Below are positions 50,220-64,000 of a DNA stretch of 64,000 nucleotides, one piece after another (position 1 is the stretch's first letter; each line of letters opens with the position of its first letter). Both the position numbers and the translations under genes were made by a program. Source of the DNA: Felis catus (lineage: Eukaryota); the NCBI RefSeq assembly GCF_018350175.1, contig NC_058368.1, forward strand, positions 59,770,001 to 59,834,000. Reading direction: 5' to 3'. The notes below the pieces were generated by a model that did not search any database, had not been told where the DNA came from, and worked only from the letters and a program-made list of their open reading frames with translations.

Positions 50220-50760
50220 ACAAAGATTACCAGTCTGGATTAGCAAATAAAATTCAGCTATGGCTTATGTAGTTTTAAAATTTGGACACAAAATATTGAA
50301 AGTAAAATGCTGAGAAATATACATCAAGCAACTGTTAACCCAAAGTTAAAGCTTATGCATAAACCTATTAGATACCATATATTTTAGAGCTACAGTTATT
50401 AACAGTGATAAATAGGGTAACTACATAATGAGAGAATATATTTTTTCACCACAAAAAACTAACAATTATGTAATGACATGTTTCAAAAGTTTTGCTTCAG
50501 ATATGTAAAGCAGAAATGACAGAACTAAATGGATAATTTTTTGGATCACCTATAGGGGGCTATAGTTTGAAGCATCTATATATACTCAGGAGATAAACAT
50601 TCTAAAAAGATAGAGATTTGAAAAACTCTTGGCAGTACTAACCTAATAGATACATGGAACACTGTATTCAACAAATGGGGATACTTTTACTGGAAACTAG
50701 CTAAATAAAAAGACATTTTACTAGATACTGTGAACAAAAGAAATGCATGTCACCAACTAC
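50220..50760 (+). mobile_element. Ancient L1 ORF2 endonuclease-region remnant
   Basis: Degenerate matches (TGGATTAGCAAA; TTGAAAGTAAAATG; ACCTAATAGATACATGGAACACTGTATTCAACAA). Confidence 0.65.
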
Positions 50761-51399
50761 CTATACTATTCCTCATTTTCCTCCCCTAGTTGCACAATAA
50801 GATTTTTCTAATGTAGAAAAAGCATCCATACATTTCAAGAAGATGTGACGGATGGTTGACATGATTCCAAAGGAACCAAAATAGAGTTTGTAAAATGTCC
50901 TGAATACCAGTGTAAACTATATTTCATACTGCTAGAACATTATAACAAAACAAATTTTATATTTAATTATAAAAATAGCGCCAACATTTATTGGCCTCTT
51001 TCTATGCATGCAATCATAATGATCCATGTCTCTAGTGAGTGTTTAAACTATATGTCCTAGCAGCTATATATATATATATTAGGAAAATAATTTATTTTGT
51101 CCCAAATTAATTTATTAACTCATTAACTTATAGGTAGGGTTACTCAAATATTCTGAATCTCTTTCATTATTTCTAAAATGACATTAATAAACCCTAGGTG
51201 ACCGGTGTTGTAAATTTCAGTGGGTCTCATACATTTGATACAGGTAACACGTTTATCCCCTAAAATGTGTCAGAGATTTTTCTGATTCTGGGGTGGAGGT
51301 GAGGTCATAGCAGGGAATAAAATTCAAGTAAGCCATGTTTTCAAAATTCAAATGATGCAGGTGTGAAACATAACCATATAATTTGATAAGTTGCGCTAA

Positions 51400-52040
51400 T
51401 GGTTATAATAAAAACTGAAAATATACTAAGGTAAAATAGGGACTCATGAGTATATGCACTGAAAGGCACGGTCATGGAAAGACTGTGATGAGATAGGCCT
51501 GAAGGAATTGAAAGAACGTGCATCTAGAGAAAGTTGATAGCATGCTTGTTAAATGTTTCAGTGACAAAGAACATGCCAAGGCAAGTGGAGGAAAATGAAT
51601 TTGGGGTTGATAGCCCAATATTAGAAGGGGCTCATGTAAAGGAAAGATTATATTTTTCTCTGCATAGATAGAAAGCATTTGGGGTGGGGGTTGTTTGAGC
51701 AAAAATATATGTAATGAACAATGTTCTGTGTGTGTTACTCAGCCATGCTGTGGGGATAATTAAATGAAAGGCAACAAATGTGGATGCAGAATTACCAATA
51801 AGCATTTTTTTTCAGTCTGTGTAAGTAATAATGTTGACTTAAAGCAGTAGGAGAATATGATGTAAAACTCTCAAATCTTGATATATTAGATGATACAGCC
51901 CATCGAATTTGTTCATGGGTTAGATATGGATATCTGGATATAGGTACAAGAAAGAAGCAGAAATCCTTAAGTGTGAGCACATAAAAATAATGAGTAACAA
52001 TTTCATGAAAATGGAGAACTAGGGGAGAAACAGATAGTGA
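51400..52040 (-). mobile_element. L2 fragment(s)
   Basis: Purine-rich degenerate L2-like sequence. Confidence 0.5.
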
Positions 52041-52049
52041 AACCAATAT

Positions 52050-52772
52050 AAGATACTTCTGACCAAGGTGCGTTAACAGGGTAGAACCTTACACTACTAC
52101 CTGAAACAACTAAAAAAAAAAAAAAAAAAAAAAACAGACAAAATATATAAACAACTTTTAAATGTTGGAAATCATGGAATGAGGGACAGTGATCCTGGAG
52201 AGACAAGAAACAAGATGAGCCCTATTGTTGGTAATTTTATTGCCTTGAGAGAGTTTTCCAGAGCATGGCAAAGGGAGATAAAACCCAATGAACTTCCTGA
52301 GTTGCAGACACCTAGTTGATGAGTCTAGGGGAAAGAAGGTGGATAGAGATTATAGAACAGAGTAGCAGAAAGGAGAGGCACAAAGATCTGCAGTTTCTTT
52401 CCCACAATTACTTAGCAGATTGCTGATCAGTACATGCCTGTGAGAAAATACTCAAGGATGAGGGGAAACCAATGGAATTAAAGGGAATGGAATCTAGAAT
52501 TGACATTCAGTTCTCTTAAAATGCAGGATCAAAAAGTAAGCTGACTGCTTATTTTTTTCTAAGAAAAACAGAACCATTTCCAAAGTGGGCGTATTATTTT
52601 ACATTCCCAAGAGCAGTGACTGCGTTCAAGTTTTTTTGCATCCTCACCAACATTTGGCATGATCAGTCTTTAAAATGTCAGTTATTCTATTTGGTGCAGT
52701 GATACCTCATTCTAGTTTGAATTTGTCTTTCCCTTATTGTTGATATTAAGCTTCTTTTCAAGAGGGTTTTTG

Positions 52773-52812
<40 letters not shown>

Positions 52813-52840
52813 ACACTTTTGTGAAGTGTCTGTTCCTACA
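52050..52840. mobile_element. Old L1 pieces: sense 5' region (~52050-52500) and antisense ORF2 end (~52570-52840) with (CA)n
   Basis: TTTTACATTCCCAAGAGCAGTG...CATCCTCACCAACATTTGG is typical antisense L1. Confidence 0.7.
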
Positions 52841-54119
52841 GGATTAAAAACAGGCATAAACCAATTCCTCTTTTCAGTGAAAATTAATTTTCCTGCTTAT
52901 TTTCCTTCTTTTATGAGGATGAAATTTTTGAAAATTATTTCTTGCTCCACTTAGTCACTTTCAGGATCCCTAGCATAACGATTATTTAATTACATTAAAT
53001 TTCTCACAATACTAATTTTTTATGGAACTCAATGTTTTGGTCTCCTCTGGATTAGAAAGCAAGGTGTATACAACTAGCTATCTCTCACCTCAGGGTAAAT
53101 CTGTCTCATTCAGATTGCAGACAGCAAAGTTAAGAAAGAAAATCTATTGCCTCAGATCAAAGCTTTTTGAGCCTGAAGGCAGTATATCACTTTTTCCTAA
53201 ACTGGTACATGTTGCATCAGAAAATTATCTTATTCTGCCTCCTTTAACTGCAGGCATTTGTCAGTTCAAGCCTGGGCTTGCATTTTAATTTTTTTATTAT
53301 TATTTCAAAGCACAACAGTAATGGATATATGAATATTTGTGTATCTACATAGATCACTGTGAGAGAGCTTTTATATGTGCATGCAAACACACACAGAGCA
53401 TACAAGTACCAAGTGTAGTACTTACTACACAATAATTCGTTTTCAGAACACCCTTGCAAATAACTAGTTCAAATTTTAGAGATACTATTAGTACATATTT
53501 TCCATTTTTAATAAAAACTATCTTAGATTTCACTAACATTCAAAATCAATTTGTAAATAATTTGAATATTAAAAAATGACTTGCAATATATACATATAAA
53601 CAAATGCACATACATACACACAATAATCATGTCTAATGTATGTTCAATAAGCATTTTAATTATTTATTATGATTAAGGACAACTTAATGGCTAGATCTCA
53701 AAAAGTATACTGCATTTCCCAACACTTTTAAAATTTCAAGCTACAGATGCATCAATAGTTTAACAAAGTATTGGATTGTTCAGTGAAAAGTTGTATTTCT
53801 CTTTTATTATCCACCTACAGATTATACATTTGTATGTGTTTAGCTCTTTCATAAGAGCAAAACCAAGTATAAATGGATAGTCAGATCCAATTGACTTCCA
53901 TTGGGATATCTATATCAAGCTTCTCTCTTGAATTCTTGTTTCTCCAATCCCTGAAGGGTTGGCAGCCTGTGTTCTTTTATTGTCTCTCCAAGGTTAGAAC
54001 TGAGCAGAGTAAGATAGCTTGTGGTGAAGTACAAATAAATCATTTGCTTGTGAAGCTAAAATATTTGAGGAGACATTTTTTGTTTTTATTTTTCTCAAAA
54101 ATTTATATATATATATATA

Positions 54120-54316
54120 TTTTTTTTTTATTTTATTTTATTTAAAATTTTAATTCCGATATAGTTAACGTGCAGTTATATTAATTTCAGGTGTACAATA
54201 TAGTGATTCAACAATTCTCTACATTACTCAGTGCTCATCATGATGAGTGTACTCTAATCTCCATCATCTATTTCACCCATCCCCCCCCACCCCAACTCCC
54301 TTCTGGTAAACATCAG
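54120..54316 (-). mobile_element. Carnivore L1 3' UTR fragment
   Basis: TTTCAGGTGTACAATATAGTGATTCAACAATT...CAGTGCTCATC...CACCCATCCCCCC. Confidence 0.88.
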
Positions 54317-55234
54317 AGTAGGAAATTTTTAAAACTGAAGAAAGACCACTTAGTCACATTAATGGCAGAGTAAGGAAATTGTTTTGAGTCCTTCTGAGTG
54401 GGCACAGTCTCTAATGTCTAGATATTTATATCCTACTCTATCATGAAATATGTGAGATTAACTAGAATCTTCCTATAGATTCTAGTTCTTCTTAGATAAA
54501 AGTGTAACTCCAAAATTTAACACAAAAATTTTAATTAAAATAATAAATAAAGGGGGAAATCATCACAAAATAAATATAGCTATAAATATTGACTATATAT
54601 ATTAATATAGTATTAACTCCTAAGTAACATTGTGAAACTGCATATGTGCTTTCTTATTTTTTTTTTCAAAAAGTGGGATTATGCTAGGCAGAGTATATAC
54701 TGTCTTCCAAATTTCTTGCATAATTTCATGGTTTATGTGTAGCAATTTAGGCTATCCTTTCATGTCAAGAAATGTTAATCTATATAAATAATATAATGCT
54801 GTATTATTGCATTGCATGTTAAGTGCCAACAATAAAAAAAAAAACAATTTTCTACTGTTGGACATTTGGCTTCCTTTCAATTTTATTTTTATCATTGAAA
54901 TATATTGGTATAAACAGCATTACAAATGCATCTTTGACTATTGAATTTTGTCCGAAACGGAAATGTTTAATTCATTGTTAAAAGATGTAATAAGATAACA
55001 TATAAACATATGTTGTTCTAGAATTTGGATACCAATTTACATTTCTAACAATATTACACAGAATCATTTAATACATTATTATTGATAGTAGTTATTTTCA
55101 TTCTTTTAAAAATTTTACAAATAGAATTTCTTAAATATTGCATGATAATGCTTTGTTTTTTCTTTAATTACTGGTAAGGTTGATAATATTTGAATACCGG
55201 CTATTGTTTCAAATATGATTTCTTCATAACTTTT

Positions 55235-55456
55235 TTTTTAAATTTTTTTTTCAACGTTTATTTATTTTTGGGACAGAGAGAGACAGAGCATGAACGGGGG
55301 AGGGGCAGAGAGAGAGAGGGAGACACAGAATCGGAAACAGGCTCCAGGCTCTGAGCCATCAGCTCAGAGCCTGACGCGGGGCTCGAACTCACGGACCGCG
55401 AGATCGTGACCTGGCTGAAGTCGGACGCTTAACTGACTGCGCCACCCAGGCACCCC
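55235..55456 (-). mobile_element. Young felid Can-SINE
   Basis: 14-bp TSD TCTTCATAACTTTT at 55221-55234 and 55457-55470. Confidence 0.97.
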
Positions 55457-55618
55457 TCTTCATAACTTTTATCTCTTTTTTTTAATACTTTCCTTTTTTG
55501 TGTATATTTTTTAAAGTATACATATTAAGCCTTAGAATATAATTTGTAATTTAATTTTGTAGTACTACAACATATAGAATTTGTTTATTTTCATGTAGTC
55601 ACACGTATCAACCTTCTC

Positions 55619-55914
55619 TTTTTTAATTTTTATTTAAATTCCAGTTGGTTAACATACAGTGTAACATTAGTTTTAGACGTAGAATTTGGTGAGTCAACAC
55701 TTCCATAAAACACCTGATGCTTAGCACACAAGTTCACTCCTTAATACGCATCACCTCTTTCACCCGTCCCCCTACCCACCTCTCTTCTGGTAGCCATCAG
55801 TTTGTTTCCTATAGTTAAGAGTATGTTGCTTGGTTTATTTCTCTCTTTTATCCCCCTATGATCATTTTTTTGTTTGTTTCTTAAATACCACATATAAGTG
55901 AAATCATAGATCTT

Positions 55915-55955
<41 letters not shown>

Positions 55956-56335
55956 CATATATATATATATAATTTGGCTATTGCTGATAATGCTACTATA
56001 AACATCAGGGTGCATGTATCCCTTCGAATTAGTATTATTGTATTCTTTGGCTAAATACCTAGTAGTGCAATTGCTAAATCATAGGGTAGTTCTATATTGG
56101 CAATCAATCGTTGGCAAAGCAGGAAAGAATATCCAATGGTAAAGAGGCAGTCTCTTCAATAAATGGTGTTGGGAAAACTGGACAGCAACATGCATAAAAA
56201 TGAACCTGGAGCACTGTCTTACACCATAATCAAAAATAAATTCAAAATGGATTGAAGACCTAGATGTGAGACAGGAAACCCTTAAAATCCTAGAGGAGAA
56301 CACAGGTAGTAACATGTTTAACATCAACAGCCTAT
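55619..56335 (-). mobile_element. Carnivore L1 3' end with inverted 5' segment
   Basis: 55619-56098 antisense 3' UTR/ORF2 end; 56099-56335 sense ORF2 (KAGKNIQW...[11 protein letters not shown]). Confidence 0.9.
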
Positions 56336-57749
56336 CATTCTTGGTCATTTTTTATTGTTTTTTGTAACTCTCATTTTTAATTTAAACTTATAGCAAATAT
56401 ATGTACCCCACAACCTTTAAATAAGAAGCTATACCCTTTAAAATAATGAAAACACTATCTCAAGATTATGTGTTTAATAAGTATATAAATAATTTGATTA
56501 TATTTTCATAATTTATCTTGCATTTGATTTTTTAATACATTTGAAATTAACTTTGTTAATATGTCAGGTGAAGGAGAGATTTTATTTCTTTTTCCCCCAA
56601 ATACTTTAACCAAGGTTCTAAGAACATTACTAAAATTACCTCCTTATTCTATGCCCCTATCCCATTATTATGCTTGAGATTTAGTGTATTTATAAATAAT
56701 CCAGTGCATTTGTTGATTACATAAAGATCAAATGCTCTGATCTTCTTGTGAGGACAAGTGCATGTCTATTTTCTGTGTCCTTTTTATATATTTTATTATG
56801 TAAAGTGTGTGTGTGTGTGTGTGTGTGTGTGCATGTGTATTGTCTATTACTCATTATTTAATCTTAAAATTATGTGGGTTTTTGTTGTTTAATGTAAACA
56901 TGGCAGTTTCTTCCACCTAGGGTGTGAAATACAATTAATAGCAATGAGTCACCTTTGTTTTCCTCCCTTAATGCCCTTTTAATAAAGGCAGGTCTAAATC
57001 TCACATATATTGTTAGTGACATATTTCTGTCCCCAGTTTATGCCAGTATATTTATTTATACGGGGCAGCTGATTTATTTTCCCTTGTAAGTAATGTTATC
57101 TTGCCATATATATCTCTAGAATATTTATAGAAACCTATTTTTAAGATATATCTGCTGGACACTGCTAACTGTTCTGTGAATAACTCTCAAGCTAGGCATC
57201 TACTCAGGTTCTACAGGACAACCAAGGTCTACATGCACACTGGGGGTGGTCTTCCCCATGTCCACTAAGGCGCTGGGATCTGGGGGTGCCGCAACTGCAG
57301 GGTGAAAGAAAGAACATCTCTTTCCAATGCATCAGTCCTAAAGTGGTGTTGCTTGTGCCTAAATGTTGTAGAGACTTTTACAGATAGACCATCCTCTCTT
57401 TTTTAATTCAAATGGTTATTTGCCTCTTCATTTATCTTATTAGTTCTCCAGAGCATATAGGATTCTGATGATTTGTATGACTTAAAAGCAACTTAATGGC
57501 AGCAATCTTCTACAAAATGGCCCATCCACTCACCACCTGCCTGCCCTCCAAGCCCTGTGACTAAGGATTTCTAAATAAACCAAAGTAACATGTTGACTTC
57601 AATGCTTCGGTCTCCAGATTTTATTTTTGTTTTTCCCTTGCAGGAGACTTTCCAGTCTCCTATTGGGAATCTTATCAGTGTCCAATATGTGTCCAGACCC
57701 ACAGCAGTGGATAAGAGGTTATTTAATCCCCAAGAATAGTCTTTGCCAT

Positions 57750-57961
57750 GGGGCGCCTGGGTGGCGCAGTCGGTTAAGCGTCCGACTTCAGCCAGGTCAC
57801 GATCTTGCGGTCCGTGAGTTCAAGCCCCGCATCAGGCTCTGGGCTGATGGCTCAGAGCCTGGAGCATGTTTCCGATTCTGTGTCTCCCTCTTTCTCTGCC
57901 CCTCCCCCGTTCATGCTCTGTCTCTCTCTGTCCCAAAAATAAATAAATGTTGGGAAAAAAA
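57750..57961 (+). mobile_element. Young felid Can-SINE
   Basis: 17-bp TSD AAGAATAGTCTTTGCCA at 57732-57748 and 57962-57978. Confidence 0.97.
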
Positions 57962-58088
57962 AAGAATAGTCTTTGCCAGGCTTCCAAGAAATTTTCCTGA
58001 AATGAACATACATACTTGAATCTCACCTAGGCTTGAGATACACCCACTCCATGATTGTTATAGTATTATACTTTAAATTCTATTTTCA

Positions 58089-58266
58089 GGGGCACATGGG
58101 TAGGGTCGATGAATTGTTTAACTCTTTATTAGGGCTCAGGTCATGATCTCACCGTTTGTGGGATAGAGCATGGCATCCTGCTCTGTGTTAACAGCATGAG
58201 GCTTGCTTGGGATTCTCTGTCTCTCTCACTCTCAAAAGAAATAAACACTTAAAAAATAAATAAATA
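58089..58266 (+). mobile_element. Old Can-SINE
   Basis: GGCTCAGGTCATGATCTCAC motif; decayed TSD TAAATT(C/A)TATTT. Confidence 0.88.
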
Positions 58267-60363
58267 AATTATATTTCCCAACTGGGCAAAGTGAGCATAT
58301 TGAAAAACTGCTGTTTTTTTATGTATTTGGTTTAAGGAAAATATTTTTTTAATTATTATTTCTAGTAGGTATACTTCTATGTTTTTGTAAATTACACTTT
58401 CTATAAATTGAGTTGTTCATCTTAGCTTAAATGTTAATTAATTTGGAAGTCATTTTGTTTGTGGTGAAGGTGGATCCACTTCCAGGTTCTCCATTTTAGA
58501 ATTCATCCCATTTTTGCCTCTTTTACAGACTTTCCTCACATATGAAACTCTCTATCTTGAAACACAGCAAAACAACAGATAAGAAAACTCAGTTTTTGCT
58601 GGTAAGGGAATCTTCTCATCTCCCCTCTCTCCTTCTATCTAATTAGACATTAAAGCTCAAATACTTCTATGAACACAGCTATAAGACTACATATTGAAAT
58701 GTTGTATAATATACCAAGAAAATTTAAATAAAAACGGTTTACTATCACATTCAGATAACACCATTGAACTCTAAAGATAAAAGGTATCAAGGTTTTGTTT
58801 TGTAATAACATTACTTAGAAGGGAAAATTAATCAGCTGGTTTCAATTTCCTCAAAAGCAACATTCAATATTACAGTCCAATTGAGCAACTCCTGCTACAT
58901 AGAGAGGGAAAGTGTGATCCATGGGTTTCATAATCAGTTCAAATTCTTCTAGTACAAAGCCAATATAAAGATGTTTTTTTTCAACATGAAAGAACTTATT
59001 TTGTGTCCATGAGTCTTTCTTGGGAAATTACTAGAAGATGAGCTTCAAACAATGAAGAAATGACTTGGGAAATTACAGCTCAAGGACTATCAGTGATAAT
59101 TGAATATATTTATATGAAGAGCAAATATTAAAACAAATATGAGTATTAAAGCAACAGAAATATTGCAAATGTTATGTCTTCTAACCATGTAGACATGATC
59201 AAATTAAAACAAATTAGCTGAGGAAGAACACAGAAAATGAGAAATAAAACAAGCCCGCAGATTGTCTTATCTATAATACTGAGTCAAATGATATCATTTA
59301 GTTGGAATACCAACCACTGAAAGAATAAAAGAGAGGAAATACAAAGGTGCATGCATGAGCATTTCCTTGCCCTGGATAGACACACGAGATTGTAATGATA
59401 GTACCTACAATTTTGAAAGAGTAATGGAGATTAGTATATCAAAACTTAAAAATTCACACACCAACATACTACTGTGTATTCCATTTTGTATTTATCCATC
59501 ATAACCTTGATATAAGGTATTTCTATTTATGATAGATATATAGTAATACATAAAATGTTATGCACATAACATGCCATTATAACAATTGTATTAGAGTATT
59601 TGACTTATTTACAGATTGAGCTATTAATACATAATTCTAAACATGAAAACTAAGCATGTCTTCAAACATGTCTTCTTCTGCACCTATAGATAAATTTGTG
59701 TGTAATAAATATTTACTTTTCTATTTCATTCAGATAGTTTCATAACAGATACATTATATAATTGAAATAGCAAGCACTGGTTGATTACCTACTGCATGCT
59801 GATCGCAGCTGTTACAAAACTGAATAAAATAACAGTGCCTTCAAGGAGGTCACAGATGTTTTACAATTAATGGAATTACAGTAATGTATTCAGGTTGCAT
59901 GCATCATTAATATGTTTTATATATCACTAATATAGCTCTTCATTGTAAGATTTCAAATAGCAGACAGTTGTACTGAAACTAGGAGCATCGCTATAAATAA
60001 AAACTTTTTTTCATTTGATCTAGGTACCCACTTTGTACAAACTGTATTGCATCATATTTTTATTAGATTTAAATTTTGGCATCTTTATTTAATTACATGT
60101 TTCAAGAAACTCAGCAACAACAACAAAAAAGTAATAATAGCTAAGCTATTGATAAATCAGTATAGCTGGATAGAAGACAGACAGATAACCACATACAGAG
60201 TAAATGAAAGCACAAAACGTGCTCCATCTGAAATTCCAATTTCTGTGTTCTAAACCATCATCTCTTCATTGTCATGATATTTAGTCTTGAAAGCTATTTT
60301 ACTAAACCTTGAAAATAATTCTGGAAATTAATTAGATCCACAAAAATTTTTATTAGCTTAGTC

Positions 60364-60365
60364 TG

Positions 60366-60418
<53 letters not shown>

Positions 60419-60439
60419 TTTCTTTCTTTTTCTTTCTTC
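60364..60439. repeat. (TTTC)n tetranucleotide microsatellite
   Basis: Directly visible. Confidence 0.95.
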
Positions 60440-60461
60440 AGTTGGAGACATAATTGGTCCA

Positions 60462-60615
60462 GGGGTACCTGGGTAGCTCAGTCGGTTAAGCATTGGATTC
60501 AGCTCAGGTCATGACCTCACCATTTGTGAGTTTGAGTTCCACCTGGGCTCCTTCTGATGGTGTAGAGCCTGCTTGGGATTCTCTCTCTCTCTCCCTCTCT
60601 TTCTGCCTCTTCCGT

Positions 60616-60658
<43 letters not shown>

Positions 60659-60679
60659 ATAAATAACTTAAAAAAAACA
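60462..60679 (+). mobile_element. Can-SINE
   Basis: GGGGTACCTGGGTAGCTCAGTCGGTTAAG head, (TC)n, A tail. Confidence 0.93.
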
Positions 60680-61486
60680 ACTATTCTTAAGCACTGTGAG
60701 ATACATGCACATATTCAGACGAAATTATGTTATATGGAGACGTGTAATCGCATACATTTTCACCCCTATATGAGAAAACTACATTTCTTTCAGATCCTTC
60801 ATCTATTTTCACCAGCAATTTTGTATATTCTAACTGATTATCAGAAAGGGAATTCATTGGAGTCACCTCTTCTTCACTGCCTTAGCTTGAGACCTCTCTT
60901 CTGACTTTTGTACAATTGTAATAAATTCCTGATTGATCTCTTCTCTACAGTCTTTCCTTCCTCAACTTCATTTCTTCCTATCTTCTGCTATAATCATTCT
61001 GAAATATTGTTATAATTAATCTTCAACTCTTAAAACACTTGAGTAGCTCCCACTCCATTTAAACATGGTTTATACTCCAATGCTTCACACAGTTTTGAAC
61101 ACTAATAATGGATTAAAAATATTCACTACAGGAATGAATGCATTATTACCTAGAAAGATTAGCATGGAAAATCGTTGCAAGTTTATCTTTCATTTTGAGT
61201 TTCAATCTCTCTCCTATAACATGAAGAATTACCATTCTCTTTTCACTGTCCAGTTTAAAGAAAATCCTTTCAATTACTGCTTAATTCCCAAGTATGTCTT
61301 TGCTACACACCAAAATTTGTTGGTATCAAAATTTCAACCTTTGTCATCTTTTAGACAACACTGAGTTAGTTAGATTATGGTTAGTATTAGTGTATATATT
61401 TGAAAATTATATATATTAAGAAAGAAAGGTTCTATATTAAGAGAGAATGAAAATTGAGTTAGACTTGTGATTAATCCTAAAGTCAC

Positions 61487-61487
<1 letters not shown>

Positions 61488-61529
<42 letters not shown>
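61488..61529. repeat. (TA)n microsatellite
   Basis: Directly visible. Confidence 0.95.
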
Positions 61530-61532
<3 letters not shown>

Positions 61533-62740
61533 GTTTTGCATTGATTTTGAATTAGAATGCTATATGCTAATGGTCAAGATCAATCATATTTAATATATTT
61601 TGTGTAGGATGTTGAAGCCATATTTTATGCTTATTAACTTACATATTTCATAGATACTAATGGAGTACTTATTGTGTGTCAGACATTATCCATGTCAGAA
61701 TTCATACTATGATTGAACACTTACTTGCCATAGTAAGTGACATCGTTGCATCTCCCATCAGAATCAGAAGAAAACTGCAAATATAAATATTCTCTGATAT
61801 CATGAACTGCAAAGATAGGGAACATTACAAAAGTCATTTCCATGCCTACAAATTTCTGTCATTTTATTTTATTCCTTTTTGGTAATAAAGAGATCAGACA
61901 ATAAAACTTCTTTATTATCAACCAACAGTTTTTCTCCAGGAGGCATTACTTGTTATGGTTATTTATTTTTTATCATTATTCCAATTTGATTGCTTAGAAT
62001 GTGGCAAGAGGAAGATATCTGAAAATATGTTAGGAGGAAAGTAAAGAAGAATCTAATAATAGCAAAATTCATGGAGAGGATTATTGAGTTGATTAAACAT
62101 TTAGATAGTTTCAACAAAATAATTTTCAATTCCAAAAACTAAAAGATGGCTATTAATTTTATGGATGCATAAACAGGAGTTTGGAATTTGTGTACGGATT
62201 TTCACAGCTGTATGTTGTATGGTCCTCTCTTGATCTATCTGCATAACTTACTATCCCAGTTGTTTAGAAGAACTGAGTTAGAAAAATATCCCTTTAGAAA
62301 TGCCAATTTTACATTGCAGTTGGACATATTCTATTTATATTTTGTTTTTATGTACTTTAATCTTAACAGCTGAAGGATCGCCAAATGTCATTAAGTCTGA
62401 AGTGAAAAAATAGCCTGTCGAAATGCATTTTTATTATGACTGAGTATATTATTATGAGTATTTATTTAGAGTATTTATTTTATTATGACTAAATGTATTA
62501 TTAAATGTATACTTAAATTTTTGGTAGACTTATAATACTGGTGAATGTTAATAGCTTTGATAAATAAAAAGAAAAATACTATACACTCTTTCCTCAATTG
62601 CTTTAATACTAAGTTTATTTTAAATATTACTGAATATTATAATCAATTTCGGCTGTTATTTAAGTCATTTAAAGATACTTCATATTAAAGATAATTGATA
62701 CTCTAAACTTATCTGTCACCATTCTCAGCAAAGATATTAT

Positions 62741-62935
62741 TATTTTTTAATTATTTATTTATTTTAAAAGAGAGCACATGAATGGTGAAAGGGCCAAAAG
62801 AGATGAGAGAGAATGCCAAGCAGGTTCTTTCAGAGCGGAGCCCAGCGCGAGGACCCATCTCAAGAACCCTGAGATCATGACCTGAGCCAAAATCAAGGTT
62901 CTGGATGCTTAACTGACCGAGCCACCCAAGTACCC
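62741..62935 (-). mobile_element. Older Can-SINE
   Basis: Flanked by TCTCAGCAAA at 62723 and 62936. Confidence 0.92.
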
Positions 62936-63429
62936 TCTCAGCAAAATTATGTTTATGTGGTCTTCACATATCTAAGAAATAAGACATATACTAACCTCAC
63001 ATTCTTATATTTTCTTTTCATTCACAGAAAAAAAGAGGAAATTAAGATATATACAAATACTTGTAAACAGATTATAAATAACTATATTTATGTCATAGCT
63101 GAACTGATGTTGCTTTACAGAAACCGTGCTGAACCTTTGAAATGTGATTATATAACCACTGAGGTTGATTAATATCCATTTTCTTGAGTTTTGAAGAAAT
63201 AGAGCACATATACTTTATAATAGTACTCAATTTATTAAGATACCTACTCATGGTAGCAAAACCTTTAAATATCAAAAACATTTACTATAGAAGATGATGA
63301 AAAAGTTTTATCAGATAAAGTTAACAAAAAGTCAAAGTCCATATACCACTCTTTTGGGAGATGGAATAAAATATAGAATTTTCTGTCAAGTATTTGCCAA
63401 CATCATCAAAACTACAGAGCTTTTTCATT

Positions 63430-63615
63430 TGGTAACTGAGAAATTGGACACATTTCTGAATCTCAACAATCCCTAATTTCCTAATTAAAGCACTCTAATT
63501 GTCCTGAACTAAAATAATTTTTCATAGGACTAAAGTAAGGATTAAGAGGAATAATGTAAGTATGCTGCTTATTAAAATTTAACATGTATGCAGTAGTCAA
63601 TCAATGTTATCATTA
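63430..63615 (+). mobile_element. MIR SINE, 3' half
   Basis: TTCATAGGACTAAAGTAAGGATTAAGAGGAATAATGTAAG...TCAATGTTATCATTATT. Confidence 0.6.
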
Positions 63616-64000
63616 TTAGTATTATGGATGATTATTTTGTTGTGTGTTCATTACATTATGACAGATAAAATATTGGATTAAGTGAAATATGGTAGAGATC
63701 CTTGTTTTAAAGCAGTTTAAAATCTATTTGGGACCAAAATACTAATAAATAAATAAGAATTCACAGTAACACATATACCCGTCACATGAGTAGAAATATT
63801 TGGATAATTGGTAAATGATAACAACCGTGCTAAACATATAAAGTATTCTAAGTATTATCGGAAGTTCTAAAATCCCATTTTATCTAAAACATTGTTACAG
63901 ATTTAAATATGCAAAACATGTCATAATTCCCATTATTAAATGACTGTGTATCTATAAGTAGAAAATAATAAATTAAGCTAAGAGTGTTTGAATGAGTTTA

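Noticed and set aside
54460..54487. Perfect 11-bp hairpin AACTAGAATCT / AGATTCTAGTT
   Set aside because: One such stem is plausible by chance in 64 kb of AT-rich DNA; no TSD or other support

Overview
AT-rich, gene-poor mammalian DNA, almost certainly from a felid (cat-type tRNA-derived Can-SINEs and a cat-type L1 3' UTR). I found no recognisable host protein-coding exon, RNA gene or CRISPR array. The only long ORF (24194-25603) is ORF2 of a young, 5'-truncated LINE-1 with a perfect target-site duplication (TSD). The window is a layered record of transposition: about 23 Can-SINEs, several older L1 pieces (two with 5' inversions), an ERV-L pol remnant, MaLR LTRs, hAT and Tc1/mariner-type MITEs, and MIR/L2 fossils. 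The items most worth following up are: (1) a ~515-bp apparent retrocopy of an unidentified CpG-rich, MIR-polyadenylated short transcript (20623-21137, minus); (2) a 515-bp solo LTR with a perfect 6-bp TSD, pointing to a class II/betaretrovirus-like ERV (42519-43033); (3) a 236-bp TA-flanked MITE (41642-41877); (4) a ~115-bp palindromic element (12087-12203); (5) a ~180-bp duplication bracketing an L1 fragment (26423-28140). I see no evidence for a new multi-gene system. Repeat subfamily names are from recalled consensus sequences and need Dfam/RepeatMasker confirmation; boundaries without TSDs are approximate.
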